Positions 1-9,370 are shown, numbered from the stretch's first letter. The stretch: DNA of 64,000 nucleotides from Synechococcus sp. (GCA_047285305.1 JBJBDL010000003.1:544001-608000), one strand, 5' to 3'. Notes: generated by a model from the letters alone, not told the origin. Numbers and translations: made by a program.

Positions 1-57
1 CGGTAGAGCACCTCCCTTACAAGGAGATTGTCACTGGTTCGATCCCAGTATCGCCCA
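1..57 (+). tRNA. trnV: tRNA-Val(TAC), 5' end cut by the window edge
   Basis: D-arm end GGTAGAGC; anticodon loop CTTACAA (16-22, anticodon TAC at 18-20); T-arm ACTGG-TTCGATC-CCAGT; acceptor 3' strand ATCGCCC-A. Confidence 0.95.
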
Positions 58-90
58 CTCTCAAAAAAACCAGTTCACTACGGGTTTCTG

Positions 91-111
91 AGCGGTCGCA
101 AGGCCGCTTTT
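91..111 (+). terminator. Putative intrinsic terminator downstream of tRNA-Val
   Basis: AGCGGTC-GCAA-GGCCGCT stem-loop followed by a T run. Confidence 0.6.
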
Positions 112-121
112 GTGCTGTCTG

Positions 122-187
122 GCTAAAGCTGGCCGCGGCTTGCTAAAGCTGTTTTGCTCTAAAAACTGCCCTAGAACGGCCTAGAGC
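122..187. repeat. Short tandem motifs at the left island end (candidate integrase arm-type sites)
   Basis: GCTAAAGCTG at 122 and 142; GCTCTAAAAA at 156; related GCCCTAGAAC at 168. Confidence 0.45.
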
Positions 188-238
188 AAGCCCCGCTTTC
201 ATTCCTCCCAGGTAGCGGACAAAACCAACTTCAAGAAA

Positions 239-499
239 ATGCTTATGGGTTACGAGCCCACAGGAGATGTCAGCGACACGTTCAAAACCAAAAAGGCTTG
301 GATGACAGCACTGGCAGAAGACACAGCAGGATTCAAGCCATGGGACGAGCCTCCCTACGACTTTGTGGGATGCGGTCAGATCAAAACCGCCCGGCGCAGC
401 ACGGCTGATGATGACAGCGCGCTGAAACTCCCCAGCTGGATCTGGTACTTGGCCGCAGCACTGGTTGTCGCTGTTGGGATCGCGATCCTGGCCGGTTGA
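239..499 (+). CDS. Hypothetical protein with a C-terminal TM helix
   Basis: 86-aa ORF with hydrophobic C-terminus WIWYLAAALVVAVGIAILAG; TGATG coupling to the next ORF. Confidence 0.6.
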   Translation: MLMGYEPTGDVSDTFKTKKAWMTALAEDTAGFKPWDEPPYDFVGCGQIKTARRSTADDDSALKLPSWIWYLAAALVVAVGIAILAG

Positions 500-726
500 T
501 GGAAGTCATCTACCTGATCTTTTTCTTCGTTACGAGGGGGGCTGCTTTTACCGATCAGGTGCCACAGGCATCAATAGAGCAGTGCGAAGAAAACGGCGCT
601 GAGCTCCAAAAGCTTTACCGCGAGATTAAGTTCAAATGCATCCCCGGGCTCGCGGAGGGTTCAGGCACGCCAATCTCAACCGAGGAACTTATGAATCGCT
701 ACGGCTTCAATGATTCCACCTACTGA
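499..726 (+). CDS. Small hypothetical protein with a hydrophobic N-terminus and a Cys pair
   Basis: ATG overlaps the upstream stop (TGATG); MEVIYLIFFFVT N-terminus; followed by hairpin GCGACCG-TTTTC-CGGTCGC at 745-763. Confidence 0.55.
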   Translation: MEVIYLIFFFVTRGAAFTDQVPQASIEQCEENGAELQKLYREIKFKCIPGLAEGSGTPISTEELMNRYGFNDSTY

Positions 727-832
727 CTAGACTTAACTCCATTTGCGACCGTTTTCCGGTCGCTGCAATCGATTCAGGTAATGTAAGTCTTTCTCTATAT
801 GGAGAGCTAGGGCAAATTTATAAGCACTAAGT

Positions 833-849
833 AATGATAATGATTGCCA
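833..849. promoter_or_regulatory. Fur-family (Zur-like) box candidate
   Basis: AATGATAATGATT is a near-palindrome; TGATAATGATTGCCA matches TGATAATnATTATCA at 12 of 14 positions. Confidence 0.3.
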
Positions 850-987
850 CTACACCTTGGAAGAGAGGTCACCGTTTCTGCCCTGCCAATTAATTCCACC
901 AGTCGGCTTAAGATCGTTCATGACACTGTCTAATTCTTGATATTTATCATGAGAGTGGTATGATTCATGGGCGAAGCAAAGTGTTGA

Positions 988-1668
988 ATGCCTGGCGAAT
1001 CTATAGGTCTTTCTACGAAGCTTCACGCCTCCGATAATTCATATGGCTTAGCTGTGGCTTATAAAATGCGGAACTCTATGAAAGGGAGGCTGGAGATTCC
1101 ATCCGCTATTGTTGATTCTGAGAGGTTTAAGAGTGTTAGTTCGGTACTTGATTACGGTACAGGCAAGGGTGGTCTCGTGACGCTCCTGAAAGAATCTCAT
1201 CTCCTGCATGATATTGACATACAAGGCTTTGATCCCGCGGTAAAAGAGTTTGTGCAAAGGCCTGACCAATCGTTTGACATTATTACCTGTATAGATGTAC
1301 TTGAGCATATTGATCGTTACGCGATCGAGGATGTTATAAAAGATATACGTAGTCTTTTGGATGGTTTTTTATTCTTCGCTATAGACTTAGCCCCTGCCAA
1401 GAAAATCCTTTCGGATGGTAGAAATGCACACATAACTCTTGCACCTGCTGATTGGTGGTCTCAGCAAATATCAGCTCAATTTTCGTTTACACGATTTATC
1501 CAAGTTGGAGAAACTTCCTCGGGTTTGCGCTCGCAATTTCACTTGTTTGGCTGGGCCACTAACGACCGTTTTGCTCAGAAAGCTGCCAATGGTTTCTTGG
1601 ATTCAATCAAAATACTTCAAAAGCGTTGGATAATTCTGGAAAACGGTGTGGTTGAGTTGGAAGACTAG
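988..1668 (+). CDS. Class I SAM-dependent methyltransferase
   Basis: Motif I VLDYGTGKG, plus FDIITCIDVLEHI and DGRNAH..W; the start codon is uncertain. Confidence 0.85.
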   Translation: MPGESIGLSTKLHASDNSYGLAVAYKMRNSMKGRLEIPSAIVDSERFKSVSSVLDYGTGKGGLVTLLKESHLLHDIDIQGFDPAVKEFVQRPDQSFDIITCIDVLEHIDRYAIEDVIKDIRSLLDGFLFFAIDLAPAKKILSDGRNAHITLAPADWWSQQISAQFSFTRFIQVGETSSGLRSQFHLFGWATNDRFAQKAANGFLDSIKILQKRWIILENGVVELED

Positions 1669-2643
1669 GATCAAACTATACGTATTTTGCTTAGAGATTT
1701 ACTAATACCCTTGTCGGCATATTTATAATTAGAAATTTGGGTTCACTCACTCAAGCTTTTTCTATCTTTTTTCTGGATGTAATTTCAATTACATCCAATC
1801 AGAAGCTGCTGATGATGCTGCCCTAATCAGAGCTTGGACAGTTTCCAGTGAGCCTAAGCTGCCTTCCTCAAAATTTTCTGCGCATCTTCTCGTGTCAAGC
1901 ACTCTTGAGCCCGGTAAGCAAGCTTGCTCAGTTTTTTGTGCTGCTTGTCAGGGTTCACTGGCAAAAAAAATACTCTTCAACCAGAACTGAACCAAAAAAC
2001 AAAGCCCCGTTCAAGTGCCATCCGATAAGGGCTCACTATTCAATTGAACCATAACCGGGTACCGTCCTTACCATGTGAACTTGGACGGATCAGCAACCCC
2101 CTCCAGGGGACTTTTTTTGGAGTTTTTCGATGAAGTGGATGCTGCTTCTGGTCCTCATGGTGATTGGCGTAGGGACGCTGATGGGGATAACGGCGACGCC
2201 GGTGATCTGAGCTGACGAATGCTGGATTACGTCGCCACCCTGTCGACATCCGCAGCACCAGTAAAATAGATGGCGAAGCAGCTTCAACCTCTTCTGCTTA
2301 TTGAGCTGGCATTGATCACGGTTTCCCTTGGTGGCACCAGCGGTTCAGTTGTCCTCCTGTCGATGGTCTTTTGAGTTTGGGCTGGATGCATCATTGGCGA
2401 AGTGCCAAGGAGAAACTCCTTGGTCAATCAAAACCCAACAATGAAAGAGAGGCTCGTCGGGTTAAAAACACTTACTGGACTGGAGGGCAAGGAAATAATT
2501 TCTAAGGGTATTCAACCCGTTCTTACTGAAAACTATGGATACGCGAAGAAACGCTCCAGGGTTCAGAAGAAGCTGATCCAAATTGAAGCAACTCCATCTC
2601 AGAAATCACAAGGAGGCTAAGATTAATTGCTGAGCTAATAACC

Positions 2644-5600
2644 TCAAAAAATATCTGAAAGTGTTGAGGCTCCAGATACTTCAATCCGTGCAGTCAGATC
2701 GTTGTAATCCCAATCGCATCCAAGGTAACTACCCTCATCCTCAAAACCAAAGAAATTGCAGCCAAGATTTTTTACCTGCGTTGAACCGTAAGTAATAATC
2801 TCATCCTCTTGCGTGATTAGTACAGGCGCGTAAAACCCTGCATCTTCCAAAGGAACAAACCAGTCGTATTGCTCCTGATTTTCTCCTGTTGCAGTAATTA
2901 TGTTGTCGCCTGGGTGGACGAGACTCTCCCAGACGATATCATCAAACGATTCTCCATCGACATTTTTATGGCCGCCAACCATAAAGTTTCCATCGCTGTC
3001 TACCTGAAGCTTCACTAACGCAAAACGATTTACCGAATCGGCATCACTGCTTACTATTATTTTTAGGTTTTTTCCGGCTTCAGGAATAGACGTGAGATCG
3101 ATGATGGCATCGCTGATCTCAAGCTGTTCGGTGGCTAATGTTGTTGCCTCTGGAGCGGGAGAAGAGCTGGAGTAACTAACTTCAATGCATAGGTCATTGT
3201 AGTCATTATCAGCAGCACTGTCATCAAGCTGAAGCGAATATATATCGCTTCCTAAGTTACTAATCGAAAGCTTTGGGGAATTATTGGTGGACTTATTTCC
3301 GCTAAGCTGCTGAAAGCGTATCGTAGATTTTTCTGGGATAAAAATAGAGTGATCGCCAAGATTGCTCGACATTCTTGTGGCTCCAATAGCGCCTAACGCA
3401 TTATTATTTTGGTCGACAATGGTGAGGCTATTTTGAAGATGTGCGTCAGCCAGCGTCACTTTGAGGTTGATCCAAAGTCCATGGGAGGATCCTTCTGTAA
3501 CAAAGAAGGAGTTGTCTTCATTTAGAACAAGCGAGCTGGGAGAGGCTTCTGAAGGAGAAGGAGAAGGAGAAGGAGAAGGAGAAGGAGAAGGAGAAGGAGA
3601 AGGAGTAGTGGTATCGACCGTGAAGGTGACGGAGTTATTGGCATCGGACCCATCGAGATTGTTGTTGCCGGCGGCATCAGAAAATTTCGAACTGGCAATC
3701 GAGATCACACCATCGGTGGTGCTGTTGTCGGTGGGGGTGAAGGTGGCGGTGTAAATGGTGCTGGAAACAGCGGCCCAGTTGGAGAGGGATCCACCGGAAA
3801 CAGCGACATCGGCCTCTACGAAATCCGTCGAAGCTTCTGAGAGGGTGAAGGTGAGGGTGGATGCATCGCCCGCGCCTAGGGAGTTATCGGCATCGTCATC
3901 GGTGACAGCAATGGTGGGCGCCGTGAGATCCGTCAGCTGGAAGACACGCACATGCCCGGCATTGTTTTCACTGTCGTCGTTAAAAATGGAGCCGATGGCA
4001 ACGGTGCTGCCATCGCGCGATAGGGAGATCTGGCCTCCGCTGTAGTCATCGGCCGCTTCTCCATCGATGTCGCTGCCGATGTGATTCCAGGCCGTGCCAT
4101 CCCACTGGTAGATGCGGGTGTGGCCAGAATTCGTGCCGTTGTCAGCGTTTTGCGGTGCTCCGATGGCGACGACGTTGCCATCGCCGGAGAGGGAAACCTT
4201 GCCGCCACTGCGGTCGCCGGCGCTCTCTCCATCAATGTCGTCACCGCGCTTGACCCAAGCCGTGTCATCCCAGTCGTAAATACGGGTGTGGCCTGAGTCG
4301 CTGCCGTTGCCGTCGTTGTACTTCCCGCCGATGGCAACGACGTTGCCGTCGGTGGAGAGGGAAACGGAGAGGCCGCTCTGATCGCCCCCGCTTTCGCCAT
4401 TGATATCATTGCCGCGTTGCACCCAGTCGTTGCCATCCCAGTCGTAGATGCGGGTGTGGCCCGACTTGTTCCCCCCTCGACCGCTGTTTTGTTGCGCGCC
4501 AATCGCCAGCGTGTTGCCATCGCTTGAGAGCGAGACTGAGCAGCCACTGAGGTCTTGAGCAGTCTCTCCATCGATGTCACTGCCGCGTTGCACCCAGGCA
4601 GTGCCATTCCAGGCGTAGACGCGGGTGTGGCCGGCGTTTTCGCCGGAGGCGTTGTTGTTGTATTTGGCACCGATGGCAACAACGCTGCCATCGCTTGAGA
4701 GGGAGACAGCACCACCGCTGTTGTCATTCGAAGCTTCTCCGTCAAGGTCACTGCCGCGTTGCACCCAGTCGTTGCCATCCCAGGCGAAGATGCGGGTATG
4801 GCCTGATTCATTGCCATTGCCACCGCCATTGTTGCTAATGGCCCCGATCGCAACGACGGATCCATCGTCCGAGATGGAGACGGCACTGCCTGAGTAGTCC
4901 GTATCCCACTCTCCATTGATGTTGCTGCCGCGTTGATCCCAACGACTCGTGCCTGAGTTCCACGCATAGATGCGCGTGCGGCCTCGCCTGTTGCTACCGC
5001 CGTCGTTGTACTTCGCGCCGATGGCCAGAATGGTTCCATCACTGGAGAGAGCAACGGCGCCGCTCTTATCACCAGCAGCTTCGCCATCGATGTCGTTTCC
5101 GAGCCGGGTGAACGGTGGCGCTGAGACCGTGTCGACCGTGAGGGTGACGGAGTTATTGCTATCGCTGCCATCGGTGTTGGTGTTGCCAGCTGCATCAGCG
5201 AAGACGCCGGAGGCAATGGAGATCACCTCGTTGGTGTCGCTGCTGGTGTCTGGTGTGAAGGTGGCGGAATAGGAGCTGCCGGAACCGGAGAAGTTGGAGA
5301 GGGTGCCGCCCGTTATGGAGACATCAGCCTCAGCAAAATCGGTGGACGCTTCTGAGAGGGTGAAGGTGAGGGTGGCCGTTTCTCCGGCGCCTAGCGACGA
5401 GACATCGGATGTGACAGCAATGGTGGGTGCTATGAGATCCGGAGCTTCTAGCCGAATAATCTGAACACCATCGTCGACACTACCCGTTGCTAATGCATAT
5501 ATTTTTTCGCCAATATTCGTGGTTGTGATTCCCCACGCACCATTGAGATTGGTGAATCCATTAACACCGTCAGTCAGGCTTCCGGCCGCTGTTGGTGAAG

Positions 5601-8247
5601 TAGGATCATTGATATTTATAACTTGTATGCCGTTATCTATTTTTGACGTGACCAGTGCAAAGGTATTACTTCCTAAAGTTGTAGTTGTAACTTCCCACGC
5701 ATCGTTTAGTTCGTCAAATCCATTGACGCCATCAGTGATATTGGAGGCCGCTGTTGGATTGCTTGGGTCACTAATATCGATAATTTGAACGCCATCATCT
5801 TGGTAGGAAGCAACTAGTGCATAAGTGGAGCCATCGATGTCAATAGTTGTGATGTGACGCGCTCCTTTGAGTTCATTGAAACCGTTGATTCCATCAGTAA
5901 CACTCGCTGTGGCTAAAGGATTAGCCGGGTCAGTGATATCAATGACCTGAACGCCATGATCGTCTTGAGAGGCGACAAGTGCGTAGATATTTCCATTGAT
6001 AAATGCTGTAGCAATTCCCGTTGCGCCGCCAAGGGTATTGAAGCCACCTACGCCATCGGTAAGACTTGCTACGGCAGAGGGATTACTTGGGTCATTGATA
6101 TTGATGATTTGTATGCCATTGTCATCATGCCCAACCGCTAACGCATAGTGAGAACCTCTAATTTGTATTGTCGTGATGTCAGTTGGTAATTGCAGCTCAT
6201 CAAAGCCGCCAGCTCCATCAGTGATACTTGCTGTAGCTGTGGGGTTGCTTGGGTCATTGATATTGATGATTTGAATTCCATTGTCATCACGTGCTGTGAC
6301 TAATGCATAAGTATTACCATTGATATTGGTTGTATGTATTTCTGAGGCGCCTGCCAGGCTTGTAAAGCCACCGCTATTATCTGTAATACTCGCAGTAGCG
6401 ATGGGATTAGCTGGATCATTGATATTGATAATTTGAATTCCATTGTCATATTGAGATGCAACTAATGAATATGTGATTCCGGAGATGGTATGGGTCTTAA
6501 TGCCACTTGCAAAATTAAGTGTGTTGAAGCCATTGCTCTGATCGCTAATTGTGCTGATTGCACTGATATCTGGATTTCCACTGGTCGCGCTTAGATCGAA
6601 AACGCGTACATGACCTGAATTGGTTCCATTGCCATCGTTTTGACGTGCTCCAATGGCAACCGTCGTTCCGTCATCCGATAGTGAAACAGAAAAGCCACTT
6701 TCATCATCGGAGGCTTCTCCATCAATATCGCTGCCTAGTTGGCTCCAAGTGTTGCCGCTCCAGCTATAAATTCTTGTTTGGCCTGAATTGGTTCCATTTC
6801 CATCATTAAGGCGTGCACCGATGGCAATAGTGTTTCCATCATTGGACAGCGCAATGGAATATCCACCTTCATCATCAGCGGCTTCTCCATCAATATCACT
6901 GCCAAGTTGATTCCAGGTTGTGCCATTCCAGGTGTAGATCCTTGTATGCCCTGCGCTTGTTCCGTTTCCATCGTTTTGATAAGCGCTTACTGCAACGACG
7001 GTTCCATTGCCTGCCAACGAAACTGAGAAGCCACTTTCATCATCAGCGGCTTCTCCATCAATATCGCTGCCTAGTTGGCTCCAAGTTGTGCCATTCCAGT
7101 TGTAAATTCTTGCATGGCCAGAATTGCTACCATTGCCATCATTTTTGTGTGCACCAATAGCAACTGTTTTTCCATCATTTGATAGTGATATTGATTTCCC
7201 GCTGAAGTCATTCGCTGCCTCTCCATCAATGTCGCTGCCTAGTTGGTTCCAGGCTGTGCCGTTCCAGTTGTAAATGCGTGTATGACCTGAGCTATTTCCA
7301 TTGCCGTCATTTCGCCTTGCGCCAATAGCAACAGTCGTTCCGTTGGCAGAGAGTGAGATGGAATAGCCACTTTCGTCTTCAGCGGCTTCTCCATCGATGT
7401 CGCTGCCTAGTTGGTTCCAGGCTGTGCCGTTCCAGTTGTAAATGCGTGTATGACCTGAGCTATTTCCATTGCCGTCATTTCGCCTTGCGCCAATAGCAAC
7501 AGTTGTTCCGTCGGCAGAGAGTGATACAGAATGGCCGCTTTCGTCCTCGGCCGCCTCACCGTCTATGTCATCGCCGAGTTGGCTCCAGGCTGTGCCATTC
7601 CAGGTGTAAATCTGTGTGCTGCCCGATCGATTGCCACTGCTGTCGTCTTGACGTGCACCAACAGCCAGTGTCTTGCCATCTGCTGACAGGGATACTGACC
7701 AGCCGCTCCGATCCCCTTGGGCTTGACCATCAAGATCACCACCTCGTTGAGTCGCAGAGAGTTCACCTCTCCATTGTCTGATCGCATCTTGCTTAAGAAG
7801 ATCGTTTAAACTGCGTGATTCTCCATTTTTATTTTTTGTCTTAAGTTGATTCTTGTTGATTGCTTCTGATGAGGCAAAAACCTCAGATCCTGTAAGGTTT
7901 TCGAGGGTTCTAAGGAAATCTTTGTTTTGGCCTATACTGCAGCACCACAAAACAATTGTTTTAACCCTCCACTGAGAAAGTTCGTCGGCATATTTTTGTA
8001 GTTTTTCTTGGTCAATCCACTCGCTTGCAAACTCAATTCCATCACTATTGCCATGAGAGATGAGGTGTAGTTCCTCTACGTATTTGTCTATGTGCCTCAG
8101 ATTTCTGAGTGCTTTATTGATTGCACTGAATGGATGCGTATCCGCAGGTAGTTCAAGCCAGTTGGCTGCTTGCAACCCTGTAGTGGCACTGCCAAGGGCA
8201 ACGAGTTGAGGTCGAACCTTTTTTGCTTTTATCGATATTTTTCTCAC
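2644..8247 (-). CDS. Giant modular surface/adhesin-like protein: DUF4347-like N-terminus, FG-GAP-like propeller, LVIVD-like propeller, Ig-like, second FG-GAP-like propeller, Ig-like, (SP)n linker, DUF4114-like C-terminus
   Basis: ELHLISHG and IVLWCCSIG at the N-terminus; repeats of QLGSDIDGEAA.D.SG.SVSLS.DG.TVAIGA; repeats of GIQIININDP.NP; two APTIAVT..TFTLSEASTDF domains; GFED..DWDYNDL at the end. Confidence 0.9.
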   Translation of the reverse strand: MRKISIKAKKVRPQLVALGSATTGLQAANWLELPADTHPFSAINKALRNLRHIDKYVEELHLISHGNSDGIEFASEWIDQEKLQKYADELSQWRVKTIVLWCCSIGQNKDFLRTLENLTGSEVFASSEAINKNQLKTKNKNGESRSLNDLLKQDAIRQWRGELSATQRGGDLDGQAQGDRSGWSVSLSADGKTLAVGARQDDSSGNRSGSTQIYTWNGTAWSQLGDDIDGEAAEDESGHSVSLSADGTTVAIGARRNDGNGNSSGHTRIYNWNGTAWNQLGSDIDGEAAEDESGYSISLSANGTTVAIGARRNDGNGNSSGHTRIYNWNGTAWNQLGSDIDGEAANDFSGKSISLSNDGKTVAIGAHKNDGNGSNSGHARIYNWNGTTWSQLGSDIDGEAADDESGFSVSLAGNGTVVAVSAYQNDGNGTSAGHTRIYTWNGTTWNQLGSDIDGEAADDEGGYSIALSNDGNTIAIGARLNDGNGTNSGQTRIYSWSGNTWSQLGSDIDGEASDDESGFSVSLSDDGTTVAIGARQNDGNGTNSGHVRVFDLSATSGNPDISAISTISDQSNGFNTLNFASGIKTHTISGITYSLVASQYDNGIQIININDPANPIATASITDNSGGFTSLAGASEIHTTNINGNTYALVTARDDNGIQIININDPSNPTATASITDGAGGFDELQLPTDITTIQIRGSHYALAVGHDDNGIQIININDPSNPSAVASLTDGVGGFNTLGGATGIATAFINGNIYALVASQDDHGVQVIDITDPANPLATASVTDGINGFNELKGARHITTIDIDGSTYALVASYQDDGVQIIDISDPSNPTAASNITDGVNGFDELNDAWEVTTTTLGSNTFALVTSKIDNGIQVININDPTSPTAAGSLTDGVNGFTNLNGAWGITTTNIGEKIYALATGSVDDGVQIIRLEAPDLIAPTIAVTSDVSSLGAGETATLTFTLSEASTDFAEADVSITGGTLSNFSGSGSSYSATFTPDTSSDTNEVISIASGVFADAAGNTNTDGSDSNNSVTLTVDTVSAPPFTRLGNDIDGEAAGDKSGAVALSSDGTILAIGAKYNDGGSNRRGRTRIYAWNSGTSRWDQRGSNINGEWDTDYSGSAVSISDDGSVVAIGAISNNGGGNGNESGHTRIFAWDGNDWVQRGSDLDGEASNDNSGGAVSLSSDGSVVAIGAKYNNNASGENAGHTRVYAWNGTAWVQRGSDIDGETAQDLSGCSVSLSSDGNTLAIGAQQNSGRGGNKSGHTRIYDWDGNDWVQRGNDINGESGGDQSGLSVSLSTDGNVVAIGGKYNDGNGSDSGHTRIYDWDDTAWVKRGDDIDGESAGDRSGGKVSLSGDGNVVAIGAPQNADNGTNSGHTRIYQWDGTAWNHIGSDIDGEAADDYSGGQISLSRDGSTVAIGSIFNDDSENNAGHVRVFQLTDLTAPTIAVTDDDADNSLGAGDASTLTFTLSEASTDFVEADVAVSGGSLSNWAAVSSTIYTATFTPTDNSTTDGVISIASSKFSDAAGNNNLDGSDANNSVTFTVDTTTPSPSPSPSPSPSPSPSPSEASPSSLVLNEDNSFFVTEGSSHGLWINLKVTLADAHLQNSLTIVDQNNNALGAIGATRMSSNLGDHSIFIPEKSTIRFQQLSGNKSTNNSPKLSISNLGSDIYSLQLDDSAADNDYNDLCIEVSYSSSSPAPEATTLATEQLEISDAIIDLTSIPEAGKNLKIIVSSDADSVNRFALVKLQVDSDGNFMVGGHKNVDGESFDDIVWESLVHPGDNIITATGENQEQYDWFVPLEDAGFYAPVLITQEDEIITYGSTQVKNLGCNFFGFEDEGSYLGCDWDYNDLTARIEVSGASTLSDIF
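3551..3604. repeat. Perfect microsatellite (GAAGGA)x9 encoding a Ser-Pro linker
   Basis: Counted directly in the sequence. Confidence 0.95.
7230..7503. repeat. 106-bp identical direct repeat with 168-bp period (adjacent propeller blades)
   Basis: 7230-7335 is identical to 7398-7503. Confidence 0.85.
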
Positions 8248-8883
8248 AGAATCAATACAACCTCTTTGGCTGCACCTCGTGTGGCGCTGCCCTGCAGCAC
8301 CTCAGGGGTGAAATATTCTGTGTATCAACCTTTGAGAGTCGATTGGCGAAGTAGTTTGGCTGGTCCATTGCTCGACCAGACGTTAGCCGCAGCGCGTCAA
8401 CACGTGCTGATACGAAACGTCCTCCTGCTGACCAGGTCGCCAGTTGGAGCAGCCAACTTTGATAGAGCCGATTGTGCAGCGTCACCCTCTGAGGCAACTC
8501 TCAGTCCCTGCCTCGAATTATGAGTGGTTTTGACTGAATTTCATGGGTCGAAAAGTACGACGAGCCTGCGACTGCTGCAGCCCATCACCTTCTCCCGGCA
8601 TCGGCTCTAAGAGCTTGAACATCTTCTGTTGCTCTACGTTCTGTCGTCAGATCAGCGTTAAAAAGCTCTCAAGATCACCTTGCTGCTTGTGTCCGCTCCC
8701 CAAGAACTCCAACGCGTTGAGCTCTTGAACTACACAAAAGCCAACCGATAGGAGCTTATTGGGCTCGCTGTGGAATTGGCTGAAGACCCCAGTGGCGGCG
8801 TTCAAGTACCGGTGCTTATGGATTCAAATGTCGTGAGTGGCGTAACAGTGGCCCCCTCGCAACAAGGCGGCTGCTGCGACTAA

Positions 8884-9156
8884 TCAGCGGACGGGTGGGT
8901 GGCATGGACGCCAGCCCCCCTTTTTTATGGTGTTCTACGCCTCGATGGCGTTGTGCCGCAGCATCCGCCGCTGGTTCATCGGCACCGGCGGACTTGTTGG
9001 CCTCCAGTTGTAGGTCGACAACGTGACCCATTCGGCATGAGCGGTCTCCATGTCGTTCCTGAAGCGGACGCTCTTTTGCTGTTGATCGTTCACCAGCCAC
9101 CCATCACCGCCAGCCTTGGTGGGATTGTCTCTGTTGCGGGGGCCTTCCTTAAACAT
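8884..9156 (-). pseudogene. DUF1651-family protein with a premature amber stop
   Basis: GWLVNDQQQ...RRMLRHNAIEA-TAG(8935-8937)-NTIKKGGWRPCHPPVR-TGA, all in one frame; the family normally has Trp at this site (recalled). Confidence 0.75.
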
Positions 9157-9188
9157 GGCTACAACCTAAGGACTGACACCCCTCAGCC

Positions 9189-9368
9189 ATGGACGAGGTC
9201 ACGTTCTGGGGACCGACCGACGAATTTCTGAACTAAGCCGACTACGAACTGAAGCTCTTGGTGAACACCTGGAAAGACGAATACAGTGCGGATGACTACG
9301 CGTGCTCCATGGTGCTGCGGACCATCGCCGACAGCGTTTATCTGCCTGAGGGCCCACCGCTCTTCTAG
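9189..9368 (+). pseudogene. Small hypothetical gene with an in-frame TAA
   Basis: MDEVTFWGPTDEFLN*ADYELKLLVNTWKDEY...PEGPPLF*; TAA at 9234-9236 and the frame stays open for 43 more sense codons. Confidence 0.5.
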
Positions 9369-9370
9369 CC

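Noticed and set aside
1848..2620. Short ORFs, including a possible frameshifted gene at 2040-2287 on the minus strand
   Set aside because: No recognisable motifs; cannot be told apart from spurious ORFs without a search
3933..5216. 427-aa alternate-frame ORF inside the giant gene
   Set aside because: Out-of-frame product of repetitive GC-rich coding DNA, low-complexity Ala/Thr/Met sequence
6600..7750. Periodic repeats as a possible CRISPR array or diversity-generating retroelement template/variable pair
   Set aside because: The 168-bp period equals in-frame protein blades; there are no spacers, cas genes or reverse transcriptase in the window
8252..8750. Possible decayed ORFs upstream of the giant gene
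   Set aside because: Interrupted frames with no identifiable similarity
8935..9236. Stop-codon recoding or read-through as an explanation for the in-frame stops
   Set aside because: The two stops differ (TAG and TAA), no suppressor tRNA is seen, and neighbouring genes use standard stops; decay is the simpler explanation
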